Below are positions 39,205 to 52,537 of a DNA stretch of 64,000 nt, piece by piece. The stretch covers positions 43,772,001 to 43,836,000 of the forward strand of contig OX597821.1 in the NCBI GenBank assembly GCA_951406725.2. Direction: 5' to 3'. Below the pieces are notes generated by a model, which was not told where the DNA came from, did no database searches, and was given only the letters and a program-made list of their open reading frames with translations. The stretch is from Octopus vulgaris. Its lineage: Eukaryota. Every line of letters starts with the position of its first letter. Position 1 is the first letter of the stretch. The translations under genes and the position numbers were made by a program.

Positions 39205-40520
39205 GTAACAACTGTATCTCCACTCCAGCAATATCTAGTTACACAATCTCTGTTATAACAACACTCTATTAAGGCAGTATCTGACTACACAGTATCTATT
39301 GTAACAACTGTATCTCTACTACAAGAGTATCTAGTTACACAATCGCTGTTGTAACAACCATATCTCTATTACAAGAGTATCTAGTTATGCAATTGCTGTT
39401 GTAACAGCTGTATCTCCACTCCAACAGTATCTAGCTATACAATCTCTGTTGTAACAACTGTTCTCCCTTATAGCTGTATCTGGTCATACAATGTCTATTG
39501 TAACAATTGTATCTCTACTACAAAAGCATCTAGTTATACAATCTCTATTGTAACAACTGTATTTCTTCAACAAGAGCATCTAGTTACACAATCTCTGTTG
39601 TAACAGCTGTATCTCCACTTCAGCAGTATCCAGTAATGGAAAATCTAATGTAACAACTGTATCTCCATTTCAGCAGTATCTAGTTACACAATCTTTATTG
39701 TAACAACTGTATCTCTACTACAAGTGTATGTAGTTATACAATCGCTGTTGTAACTCTTGTAGTAGAGATACAGCTGTTACAGTAGATAGAGTGAAGTGGA
39801 AATACAGCTGTTACAATAGAGATTGTGTAACTAGATGCTCTTGTAGTAGAGATACAGTTGTTATAATAAATATTCCATAACTAGATACTCTAGGAGTGGA
39901 GATACAATTGTTACAACAGAGTTTGTGTAACTAGATGTTCTTGTAGTTGAGATACAGTTGTTACAACAGACGTTGCATGACCAGATACAAGTATAGGGAA
40001 AGCAACTGTATCTCCACTCCAGCAGTATCTAGTTACAGAATATCCATTGCAGTAACTAACTGTACCTCTGCTACAAGGTATCTAGTTATACAGTCACTAT
40101 TGTAACAACTGTATCTCCCCTCCAGCAGTATCTGGTTACACAACCTCTATTGTAACAACTGTATCTCTCCTCCAGCAGTATCTGGTTACACAACCTCTAT
40201 TATAACAGCTGTATCTCTCCTCCAGCAGTATTTGGTTACACAACCTCAATTGTAACAACTGTATCTCCCCTCCAGCAGTATCTGGTTACACAACACAACA
40301 TCTATTGTAACAGCTGTATCTCTACTACTCCAGCAGTAACTGGTTACACAACCTCAATTGTAACAACTGTATCTCTCCTCCAGCAGTATCTGGTTACACA
40401 ACCTCAATTGTAACAACTGTATCTCTCCTACAGCAGTATCTGGTTACACAACATCTATTGTAACAGCTGCATCTCTTCTACTCCAGCAGTATCTAGTTAC
40501 ACAATCTCTGTTGTAGCAAT
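39205..40520. repeat. 50-bp tandem satellite with an internal inverted block (39755-40000); degenerate flanks ~38650-40730
   Basis: Unit tgtaacaactgtatctcccctccagcagtatctggttacacaacctctat (50 bp, e.g. 40101-40150), about 25 copies. Confidence 0.92.
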
Positions 40521-41054
40521 TATATGTCTACTACAACAATAATTAGATTATACTAGTTACTGTTGTAACAACTAACTCTTTCTACTGTCACACTAACAAG
40601 TTATTCAACCTATGGTGTGATAATTAGCTGCATCTCAATTGTCATAGCGTCAGGTTATACAGTCTTTCATTCTATGCTGTAACAGCTCTATCTGCACTAC
40701 AGTAGTACTTGGTTGTGTACTTGTACTGCTGTGATATACATTTATATTAGTTCGGTCATTGTATCATATTATTATATTCCTGCTGCTTTGACTATATTCC
40801 AAACTGCAATGATAATTTACTTACAGTTTATATCATTATTAAATTCTGCATAAAACACCATCAAACATAAAGGTCGACTAAATCAGGGTTGACTTGAGGG
40901 ACACATTAGAAGAAGAAGAAGAAGAAGAAGAAAAGAAGAAGAAGAACAACAACAACAGCAGCAGCAACTACAAATCAAATAACATCACATATATATTTCA
41001 TTAAAAAGCCATGACAAAAATTAAAACTACTTTTAATACTAACTCTTAGATCTT

Positions 41055-41133
41055 TCTTTCTTTCCCCCATCTGCCTTTCTAGCTGTCTGTTTCTCTCCCC
41101 TCTCTTTTATAGTTTTTATATTTCAAAGTCTCC

Positions 41134-41212
<79 letters not shown>

Positions 41213-41411
41213 TTTAATAGTTTTTATATTTCAACGATTCTTTTGATTTCTTTTCATTCTTTCATTTTTCTTTTGTTCTTTCTTTCTTTCTTTTTGTCTC
41301 TCCCTCTCTCTCCCTCCCTTTGTCTGTCTGTCTGTCTCTCTCTCTCTCTTTTATAGTTTTTATATTTGAATAATTCTTTTGATTTCTTTCTTTGTTTTAT
41401 TCTGTCATTTT

Positions 41412-41454
<43 letters not shown>

Positions 41455-41480
41455 GTCTTTCTTTCTTTCTTTCTTTCTAG
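41055..41480. repeat. (TTTC)n/pyrimidine tract with a thrice-repeated spacer ttttatagtttttatattt
   Basis: Directly visible at ~41104, 41212 and 41348. Confidence 0.85.
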
Positions 41481-41817
41481 TTAACAGATTCCTTTTTCTT
41501 TAAGCCTTTCATCACCAAATTTCTGTTAAAATACACTGTTTTCATTTCAGTTAACTTTGAAAATAATTAAGAATTCAGCAAAACAACTTTATTGTTATGA
41601 AGCTGGTGTTTGGAACATAAATCTAACAAGAAATTTTAAAGAAAGGTTTAATTTAGTTCACTTTAAAATAGGCATTTTAACAGGGGCAGTCTCAGATGAT
41701 TTGATATCAAAAGAGGCAAAATAAATTTAATAGGGAAGCAAGTTCCATAATGAAAACAACAAAAAACAAAACAAAGTAAGTGATTGAGAAACTGGGAAAG
41801 TTACATTGTCCTTTTTT

Positions 41818-42231
41818 ATTTCTTTACTGCTGACAAGGGGCTACACACAGAGAAGACAAACAAGGACAGACAAATGAATTAAGTTGATTATATCGACCCC
41901 AGTGCATAACTGGTACTTATTTAATTGACCCCGAAAGGATAAAAGGCAAAGTCGACCTCAGTGGAATTTGAACTCAGAACGTAGCGGCAGATGAAATACC
42001 TATTTCTTTACTACCCACAAGGGGCTAAACACAGAGAAGACAAACAAGGACAGTCAAATGGATTAAGTCGATTATATCAACCCCAGTGCATAACTGGTAC
42101 ATATTTAATTGACCCCGAAAGGATAAAAGGCAAAGTCGACCTCGGCGGAATTTGAACTCAGAAGGTAGCGGCAGATGAAATACCGCTAAGCATTTCGCCC
42201 AGCGAGCTAACGTTTCTGCCAGCTTGCCGCC
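41818..42231 (-). mobile_element. tRNA-derived SINE family B: full copy (42001-42231) plus a tandem partial duplicate
   Basis: Head ggcggcaagctggcagaaacgttag; B-box gagttcaaattcc; ~185-bp direct duplication. Confidence 0.9.
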
Positions 42232-43644
42232 TTGTCTTTTTTAACACTTTAAGCCTTTAGCATTTGAACTGACCATATTTTTACTCTTTTATGCTCAAAC
42301 TGGCCAGATTCAACATCTCACACCTACACTAGAATGTCATTGTAAATTGTAAACATTCACTTTAATCAAACTCTTGAAGCCACAAGACAATGCAAGATTA
42401 ATTCAAAACAATGTGAAAGCGCAGGTGTGGCTGTGTAGTAAGAAGCTTGCAGACACACATGCATGCACACACACACACACATATATATATATGATAGGCT
42501 TCTTTCAGTTTCCGTCTACCAAATCCACTCACAAGGCTTTAGTCGGGTCTGGGCTATAGAAGAAGACACTTTCCCAAAGTGCCATGCAGTGGGACTGAAC
42601 TCAGAACCATGTGTGTCTTTATGTCTATGTTTGTTCCCTAGCCACCACTTGGCACTGGTGCTGGTGTGTTTATGTACCTGTAACTTAGTGGTTCAGCAAA
42701 AGGGACTGACAGAGTAAGTACCAGGCTTTTAAAAATAAGTACTGGAGTCAGTACATTTGACTAAGAATTCTTCAAAGTGGTGCCCCAACATGGGGCTGCC
42801 GTCTGATGACTGAGACAAGTAAAAGATAAAAGACGAAAATAAGCATTACATTTGGCAGAGGAATCTGAATGCTAAAGAATTTAAAGAAGGAGAGAAAAAA
42901 GGCTGTAAATTATGATTGTTTCCAAATAAAGTGTAGAACACTATTGAATATTGGTCAATGAAACAGGAAAAAGAAGAGATAAGAAAGAAAAAGAAAGAAA
43001 AGAAAAATGTGTGTGGGGGGTGGGGGTAAAGCAGCAGAATATGAAGGGGGAAGGAGCGATGGGCCACATACCCCTGAAAAAACGGTGTGCTCAGATGTGC
43101 CCCATGGTAATGATCACGATGGTGTTGCTGTGGAGAATGGCCAGTGGTGCTCGTTTCTGAGGCAGGCCACCATTACTCCTAATAATGATTATAATAATAA
43201 TAGTAATAATAATAATAATAATAATAATGATAATAATAATAATAATGATAATAATAATAATAATAATAAGAAGAAGCTGCTGCCACTATCATCATCATCA
43301 TCATCATCATAATATCCATCTTTCAATGCTGGCATAGGTTGGATGGTTTTACAGGATCTGATAAGTTGGAGGACTGTGTCAAGCTCGAATGTCTGCTTTG
43401 GCATGGGTCCTATTGCTGGATGCCTTTCCTTATGTCAACCACTTTACAATATATACTGGGTGTTTTTAGGGGGATCTGGCACTAGTAAAGTTATCAAATA
43501 ATTTACAAATAAGCCCTCTTGACTGAAGTGGGGGAGTATTGAGAGAGATGGCTTAGGGTCAGGATTTGAGAGGTTAACGCATGACTGAGGGACAGAGATA
43601 ATTGTCTTGCAGCAAAGGACATACATGGCTACCCCAGCTAAACT

Positions 43645-43965
43645 GGCACTCAATCGGTTATGGCATCAAGTGTTCCATTTGAACTGATTACTGGAGCAGC
43701 CTGTTCATGAGATTAATGTGCACATGGCTGAGCACTCTATGGACTCATGTACCTTTAGTGTAGTTCTCAGGGAGATCCAGTATGACTTAGAATGTGACAA
43801 GGGTGGCCCTTTGAAATACAGGTACAACTCATTTTTGCCAGCTGAGTGAACTGGAACAATGTGAAATAAAGTGTCTTGCTTAAGGTAACAACATGTTGCT
43901 GGCTATCGAATTTATGACCTTGGGATCTTGAGCTGAATACCCTAACCATTAAACCATGTACCTTC
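43645..43965 (-). mobile_element. tRNA-derived SINE related to family D
   Basis: Shares gcaagacactttatttcac...ttcactcagctg with 57270-57615. Confidence 0.75.
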
Positions 43966-44019
43966 ACTCCAGCTAGAAAGAGAGAAAAGATGTGGTGATA
44001 AAGTGTTAGGGCATCTCTT

Positions 44020-44548
44020 CCCAGTCCCACCATACGAACATCATTTTACATGGATGAAGATCTTGTTTCACATGTGGTGTCGCTTGTTTACAGGAGCTAA
44101 GCTATTCCTTACGCTGATTCATATTGATGTACAGGCACCATTTTTTATCGCCAGTAATGATTCGGTAAAGAAATCATTGCTTGTGTCCATGAGTCAAGCA
44201 GTAATGAGCAAGCAAACTAGCGGAGATTGTGGCTTGTTGATTTTTGTTGTTGTCATTTAAAGCATGTGGAACCCATGCTCCATACTTCTGAACCATTCCC
44301 ATCGAGTGAAGATGCTTCTCTATAGCAGTGTGGGAACATTCCATTTTCTCTGCCAGTTCCCTTGTTTGATGAGAATTTTTGTGCAAAAGTTGGCTTAATC
44401 TCTCTTCATCGAACTCAACTGGATGGCCAGAATGAGGTGCGTCTTTGAGGTCAAAATTTCCTTTCTTGAACTTGGCATACCAATCACGAGCGGTTCTTTC
44501 AGCTATGGCACCCTCTCCATACACAGCACAAATGTTGTGAGCACCTAT
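44020..44548 (-). mobile_element. mariner transposase fragment
   Basis: VYGEGAIAERTARDWYAKFKKGNFDLKD...WVPHAL...IITGDKKW. Confidence 0.9.
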
Positions 44549-45251
44549 TGTGTGTGTGTGTGTGTGTGTGTGTGTCTTTGTGTTTGTGTTTGTCTCCCAC
44601 CACCACTTGATTACCGGGGCTGGTGTTTTTTTGTCCCCCATAACTCAGTGGTTCAGCAAAAAGAGACCAATAGAATAAATACCAAGATCAAAAAAATGAG
44701 AACTGGAATCAATTTGTTCGACTAAACTCTTGAAGGCAGTGCCCCAGCATGGACACAGTCAGTGACTGAAACAGATAAAAGAATAAAAGAGTAAAAGATC
44801 ATGTTTGTCATACTTCCTGATATTACCCATGCTGGCAATAGTATATTTCCAGAGTTACCCATCACCATATGACGAGTAACACATGTATTGTGTCCTTTAA
44901 ATAAATAAATAAATAAATAAGTATATATATATAGCAACACTGATGTTACCAGGTACATGGGCAGGTTGATGCAGTTTTATTTCATTTGAAGTGATTTCCA
45001 CTTGAAGCTATTCACTTCATTTAGCATCACTAAATTATTATCGTTATGTAGTGCAATGAAGAGAAGCTTTTGGTTTGACGAGAATTAAAAGTTAACTGGT
45101 TGTGAAAATGTGTTGGATTCAGTGATATTTACTTCGTAGGAACCATAAAACGTCTCAGAGAAAGAGTTTTTTTTTTTTTTTTTGAAAATAATTCAATTAA
45201 ATAAGCAGCAACTGCTTCAGACAACCCAGTTCTAGTAAAATGCAGTGTAAC

Positions 45252-45304
<53 letters not shown>

Positions 45305-45569
45305 TGCATATGTGCATATGTATGTGTGTATAAGTGTGCGTTTTAATGTGTATTTGTGTGGACACAAATGTATGTGTGTAGTGTGTGTATGTGCATGTGC
45401 GTAATTGCATGAGTGTGTCTTTGTAGCTATGTGTATGTGTGTATTTGCATATATGTGTGTAAACGTGTGTGTATGTGTAATTGTGTGTATGTATCAGTGT
45501 TTATGTGTATGTGTGGGTGCTGTGAAAGCGTAGGGAAGGCTATTGAATGTAAACTGTATGTGAAGATAT

Positions 45570-45658
45570 ATGTAAGTGGTGGTGATGATAGTTATGGTGT
45601 AGGTAGTAGTTGTGATTAGTGGTGGTGGTGGTAGCAGCAGCAGCAGCAGCAGTAGTAA

Positions 45659-45694
<36 letters not shown>

Positions 45695-47160
45695 GACTGG
45701 TGGTAATAGTAATAATGTTTGTAGAGGTAGGTACTGATGATGGTGTTGGTGTGGTAGTGGTGACAGGATTGAAGCTGATAGTGGTGGTGTTGGTGGTAGT
45801 GGTAGTGGTGATAGTTGTATTGTTCATAGTGGTAGTATCATTAGTGTTGGTAGTGGTGATTGTGTTGTTGGTGGTGGTATTGGTAGAAGTGGAGCTAGTG
45901 GTAGTATTGACACTGATAGTAGTGATGTTGGTGGTGGTAGTAGTTGTAGTGGTTATGTTGCTATAGGTGGTATACTAGTAATATTAGTAGCAGTAGTGGA
46001 GGTGCTAGTATAAGTGGTGATTACAGAGTAGTTGTATTGGTAGTGTTGCTTGTAGTGGTAGTGGTGATGTGTTGTTGTTAGTAGTGGTTGTAGTAACAGT
46101 AGTAGTGTCAGTATAGGTGGTGATAATAGTAAGGGGTAGTACTGCTGGTGTTGGTGGTGTTGGTGGTGGCAACAGTCATAGTTACTGTGGTTGTGGAGGT
46201 GGTGGTGGTGGTGGAGGTGGTGTTGGTGGTGGTGGTGTTAGTGGTGGTCGTCGTGGTGATGATAGTAGGAAAAACTAGTGAGAGATGATACATGAGGAGT
46301 GGGAGATTAGAGGAGAGGAGGATGAGAGAATGGTGAAAGGGGAGTGGGGAGAAATTTGCATGAGAGGAGTAAAGAAAGTGGGGGGGGGTGATGGTGGTTG
46401 TGGAGATGACGGTGGCGTTGGACAAGATTGGTAATTGCAGTAAATTGGTCTTTTAATCAAATCAGTCGGTTAATCTGCAGTGATGTGCATTAAATGCAAC
46501 ATTTATGACTAATGCAACCTTGTTATTTTTTTTTCATTTTAAGTAGATACACATTACTTAGGGTTTGTGTATGTTTGTCTATGTGTGTTTGAGTTGGTGT
46601 GTGATTGCTGTGCATCTGTGACTGTTTGTTTGTGTATGTGTATGTGTCTGTATATGTGTGTGTATGCATGTCTGTGTAATTTTGTGTATGTGTGTGTTTG
46701 TGAGACTATATATATATGCGTTTGTTTGTTTGCATGTGCTTGTGTATGTGTATGCACTTGCTTGTCTATGTTAGTGAGTGTGTGACAGTTTGTTTGTGTA
46801 TGTGCATGTATGTGTTTCATGTCTATATGTGTATTTGTATGTATGTGACTATATGTGTGTGTTTGTATGTCTGTGAGAGAGTTTGTTTGTGTGAGTGTGT
46901 GTGTATGATGTTTGTGTATGTATGTGAACATGCATATTTGCATGTCTATGTGTGATTGTTTGTGTATGTGTGTATGCCTATATTTGTGTGTGTTTATGTG
47001 TGTATTTGTGTAGGCATGTGTATTTTTGTTGATGTGTGAATGCTTGTTTCTATGAATGAATGTGTGTATGGATTCATGAGTGTTTACAAGTGTGTGTGTG
47101 TATGTGTGTGTGCACATGTATGCTTATGTGTGTATTTGTCTATAGGTTTATTTCAGTGTA
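45570..47160. repeat. degenerate (GTA/GTG)n and (GT)n low-complexity tracts
   Basis: Directly visible; source of the V-, T- and HT-rich ORFs. Confidence 0.9.
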
Positions 47161-47372
47161 TATAAGTTTCCTATTTGTATTTTGTGAGGACAGATTCATT
47201 GTTTATATTTTGTGTTGTAATTTTTATATTGTAAATAAAATTATCAAGGTCCTTAAATAGTTTTATGCTATTTTGTTTTGCAAGCTAAAGTAGTCTTATA
47301 AATGCTAAACACAAAGTAATAAAGAGATATATACATATACATATATATATATTACTTAGTTTTATCAGGGTA

Positions 47373-47420
47373 ATAACCTTATAGCATGCTTTCTAAAGCT
47401 TCTCTTCAGGTATTGGTTAT
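47373..47420 (-). ncRNA. degenerate hammerhead ribozyme motif
   Basis: Minus: ataacc-aatac CTGAAGA gaagcttta GAA AGCATGCT A taa-ggttat. Palindromic stem III; weak stems I and II. Confidence 0.45.
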
Positions 47421-47789
47421 CAGATGCTATCATACAGTAACACTTCTCCTTTTACTGAATATTCTTGCGGAAATCCATGAATATCCGTAGAGTATATACA
47501 AAAGAATTTTAAAATGAGAAAATGGAATGAACAGGCTTTATTATAAATCACTGCAACAGTTTTGGTGCATCATTATGAGCTGATAATTGCTGAATGTTAC
47601 ATATATTATACACGTTGTTATGTTGATATGTTCCAACAATAGCTGTATACATACATGTCTTCGGGTGAGACATACATGTCTTCGGGTACAAAGCGCTGCT
47701 AGATCATCTTTAGTTTCTCTTTGTTTTATACTCATGCCATTACATTATTTTTAGCATTCCATTGTCAGTGTATGTATTCAACAGGTACT

Positions 47790-48823
47790 CGTGAATATAT
47801 CCAGTTCTGCATTGGATAAGAATTTTTCAAAATCTAACAAATGCCACCAGATTTTTAACAGACATACAGTGAAATTATCATACACAACCTCTAGTAACTT
47901 TGAATATTACATTCATAAACTTAATAATAGAAAGATAAAGCAGAAGTTAACTAAGACAATTAGTGGGAGTAAAGATAGAAGTGATCTGTCTAAGAACTGT
48001 AATAGTAAAGGAGAAAATAATCAAGCTTATCCAAATGATTATGATAGAAGTAATGATATAGGTGATGGCAATAATAAGTAAAAATAAATATGTTGAAAAT
48101 CTTAATAATAGTAGTATTAGAAACAGAAACAAGGATGGTAATGAAGGATATATAAGGAGAATTAATAATCCTTTCTAGTAAAAGCACAAAACCTGAAATT
48201 TGGTGGGAGAGCACTAGTTAATTATATTGACCTAGTAGAATTTGAACTCAGAATGTGCAGATGGATATAATGCTGCTAAACATTTTGCCAGGGTGCTAAT
48301 GATTCTGTTAGCTTGCCTTGTAGGGAGAATTAATAATAACAGAAACAAGGAAAAATTTGGAAAGAAGACAGGTTACAACTTAATAGAAAACAGTATGGTA
48401 AACAATTGTAGTTTCAGGGACAGGAATGCATGTCCTCTGCAAAATGAATGCCTGCAGAAGAATGTAATATATAAATGTACAGTAAGAATGGTAGTGGATG
48501 CATTTGCATGTATTGGTGCAACTACAGGTTCCTTCAAAAATCAATTTCTGAACAATATTGCATCATTCAAAAGCATTAATAAGAGACACTGCACATCATT
48601 TGATTACCCTGTTTGGAGATTTAAGGAAGTTAGAGTGCAATATGATGTCATATGGTCGATAATAAAAAATGCATATCCATATAATATGTTCCCAGGATCT
48701 TGCAATCTCTTTTCTGAGGAAACCCTATGCATTTTAATGAGTGTAGATAAACTGGTGAACAGGTACACTGAAAGAATTACAAGATGCAGCCATAAACTAA
48801 AATGTTCATGCTTGCAGTTTTGA
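47790..48823 (+). mobile_element. Penelope-like element: RT-linker and GIY-YIG endonuclease, decayed, with a SINE fragment at ~48185-48320
   Basis: HQIFNRHTVKLSY; CPLQNECLQKNVIYKCTV...CIGATTGSFKNQFLNNIASF...WSII...CNLFSEE...LVNRYTERITRCSH. Confidence 0.9.
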
Positions 48824-49341
48824 AAGAACAACATATAAAACCCTAATCAACTAGCTTCGATCTCCCTCTCTCTCTTTTGCATGAATTTGTTCCCAGGTTT
48901 TTTAGAAGTAGTTAAATGTATGTTAGAAGAATATATACACATATATAAGTATAAATCAAATTGTATATAAAACTATATGCATTACCTTATATATGTATTC
49001 TGATTAGGCTAGTTAGGATTAGGGTATGAATATTTGCCATAAGTGTATATATATGCTGATAGATAAATAGATGTATGGGGATGCACTTTTTAAAATTATA
49101 TATATATGTGTGTATTATTATTGTTTTGTTTTATTTTATCTAACTGTATCATATTGTATTATCTATCTCTGTATCTTATGAATCATGAGAATGTATGTAA
49201 GAAGTGTACATATGTGCTTATACAAATAAATATATTCATGTAAGTTTTTATTTTTATTTTGCTTTCTTTTATTTCTGTCTTTAGAAATAATTACTAAGAA
49301 GCATGTATGTGTGTATGTATTGGCAGATGTGTATGTATGTA

Positions 49342-49471
<130 letters not shown>

Positions 49472-49661
49472 CATGTGCTCTTTAAGAGCACATGTGTTTG
49501 AAAAGATTTAACGAAAGCACTCACACACTAGAAAAAAATTTCTTCCTAAAAAAAGGTTAGTAACATCCTCATAAAAGATCTCATAACATTTAAAAAAAAA
49601 TTTTTTTAAATCATCTTTACACTTCAAAAACTGTATTAAGAAATTCTCATAGACTTTCAAA

Positions 49662-50450
49662 TCATCATCATCATCATCGTCGTCGTCGTTTAACGTCCAC
49701 TTAATATGCTGGAATGGGTTGGACAGGTTGACTGAAGACTGGCAAGCCAGAATGCTGTACCAGGCTCCAATCTGATCTAGCAAAGTTTCTACAGCTGGAT
49801 GCTCTTCCTAATGCCAACCACTCCGAGAGTGTAGTGGGTGCTTTTTACGTGCCACCAGCATGGGAGCCAGTCAGGTGGCACTGGCAACGGCTATGCTTGA
49901 ATGGTGCTTTTTATGTGCCACCAGCACAGGAGCCAGTCAGGTGGCATAGGCAATGACCATGCTTGAATGTTGCTTTTTACGTGCCACCAACACAGGAGCC
50001 AGTCAGGTGGAACTGGCAATGACCATACTTGAATGGTGCTTTTAACATGCCACCGGCAAAGGTGACAGTCAGGCAGTATGAACATTGGCCACGACAATAA
50101 CTTCACTTGATTCAACAGGTTTTTGCAAGCGCAGTTTATTACCTAATGATTAAAGGGTACTCTTAAATAGGCCGGTTATGCTGCACTGGCTTAGGCCATG
50201 GTTACAGTCTCACTTGGCTTGCTGGGTCTTCTCAAGTATAACATATCTCCAAAGGACTTGGTCACTCGTCATCACCTCTGTGAGGCCCAACATTCGAAGG
50301 TCGTGCTTCACCACCTCATCCCAGGTCTTCCTGGGTCTCCCTCTTCCACAGGTTTCCTCTACCACTAGGGTGTGACACTTTTTCACACAGCTGTCCTCAT
50401 CCATACACAACATGTGACCATACCAGTGCAGTTATCTCTCTTGCACACCA
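49662..50450 (-). mobile_element. RTE LINE 3' end with a 66-bp x4 tandem repeat in the 3' UTR (49841-50092)
   Basis: CGRGRPRKTWDEVVKHDL; unit starts at 49841, 49907, 49973 and 50039; (GAT)n tail. Confidence 0.9.
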
Positions 50451-50453
50451 CAA

Positions 50454-50486
<33 letters not shown>

Positions 50487-50856
50487 CTAGCAGTATCGCC
50501 CGGCGTTGCTCGGGTTTGTAATGGAAATAACTATAAAGCATTTTTAGAGAGTTATAGCCAAAAAATGGAAAAAAATGATGGTAAATTTTTTTTTAGTTAA
50601 AAAGGTCGAGCTGCGTCCCCTAGACAGTCTGTGGTTTGTGTTTCTGATTCTCGACCCCATGTCGAATTTATCGATTTTTTTCAGAACTGGGGGAACTTTT
50701 CAAAATTTTCACTGCGTTAGTTTTGAATTATGACATTGGGCTATGTGTGTGTCAAGTTTCATCAGAATCGGTTGAAAGCTGTGGTCAGGGTGAGGGTACA
50801 ACCTAACATACACACAGAAACACACACAGACAAACTGCCGTTTATATATAGAGAGA
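50487..50856 (-). mobile_element. non-autonomous Helitron
   Basis: Minus strand starts TC(tctctatatataaa) and ends CTAG, with a subterminal hairpin cccggcgttgctcggg. Inserted between A and T without a TSD. Confidence 0.85.
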
Positions 50857-51647
50857 TATATATGAAACAATATACACTACTTTGTAGTTTGTTGTATGGA
50901 GTAATGTATGTGAGGTGGAGGGATACCTACTAATTTATTTTTTATCATCACAAAGAAGAATATATAAAAACTAGACAGTAATAAATTAACTTTAAATAGG
51001 GACTCATTCTACTTTAGGATGAGTCAGTTATTTTGTCACAGGTGAAGGAGGATATTTTGAATCTTTAAAAGAGGCAAGGGAACAGTTGATACGTACTGAA
51101 ATGGTCAGTCTTTACCAATTTCTTACTTAATTATCTCTAAACATTTTATCTTATTCTTCATATTATTCTTTAGTCTGTTTAATACTTTCTTCCTTATAAC
51201 CTGACCTTTAAGATAGAATAGAAATTTATAGTCAACCTGACCCTTTTCTTTACTTTTTTCTATCATTTTATCCTTGTATTTAGATTGTAATTGCATTTTG
51301 TCTGTCACTGTATCAATGGTTTTTGCTTTGTCTGTAAACTACTGAGAATGATGCATCTCTTTGGGCATGCATTATAAAACTGAATGGAATGAGAAGAGGA
51401 TTTAATGAAGAACTTAAACAATCGCTTGAGGAGGCACATTCTACACTTTAAATGTAAGATAATGATTGCACAACATCTCACCTATGTACAAAAGTACATG
51501 TAGAAACAGTTGTAGTGGTTTCAATTAAAGAGTGTCATGAATTCCATATTCTATCATTTGTCTATAATACACACACACACAGAGGCATACATACATCTAT
51601 ATATGTATGTATATATATATACACATACATAATACATACATACGTTC

Positions 51648-51685
<38 letters not shown>

Positions 51686-52417
51686 GTAAAGGTCTCTTTC
51701 TATTTTACATACAAATTATTGTTAATGAGATTTTGTTTAAACTTAAATCCTTCAACATTTAAAACTTTATAAGTACCATAACATTTCAACAACTTAATCA
51801 GGTAATGAGATAGATAATGGAATAGGTACATATAACACAATAATAATACATCTAAAACTATAGTTCATAGTATTGGCTGCAACACATTATGAAAGAGAAA
51901 GTGGGAGAATAACAGTAACATAAAGCAAATACACATTAGATACTTTACAGAAATAGTGATCTCAGCAACTTACCTTTGTCAATATTTATTCCAAACCTTT
52001 AAGGCTGTGAGCTGGCAGAATTGTTAGCATGCCAGGAAAAATGTTTAGTGGCATTTCATCCATCTTTACATTCTGAGTTCGAATTCTGTCAACGCCGACT
52101 TTGTCTTTCATCCTTTTTGTGTTGATGAAATACATACCAGTTGAGTACTGGGGTTGATATAATTGACTTAACCCATCCCCTGAAGTTGTGCCAAATTTTG
52201 GAATCAATATTCAATTGAAGTCTGGGCATAGCATGCAAGTTGTAATGTACATGCAAGTTGCTATCCAACCCATGCCAGCATGGAAGAAGGATGTTAAACG
52301 ATGATGATGATGACCATCTCTATGTCTTGAACAAAATAATTATAAATGTAAATTTTACTTAAACTTGAAAACTTGACTATTTTTATATTAAAAATTCTAA
52401 AAATGAAGTAATACTTC

Positions 52418-52494
<77 letters not shown>

Positions 52495-52537
52495 ACACAC
52501 ACACACGCTATTTTATTAAAGCTGAAAAAATCCTCAC

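Noticed and set aside
39205-40520. CRISPR-like array, or a retrozyme-like HHR tandem (gatacagctgtt resembles GAAACAGCTGT)
   Set aside because: Units are similar along their whole length with no unique spacers, there are no cas genes, the context is eukaryotic, and no CUGANGA core is present.
48242-48823. 193-aa ORF as a domesticated GIY-YIG nuclease gene
   Set aside because: The N-terminus is SINE-derived, key motifs look degraded and the upstream RT is broken; treated as a PLE relic.
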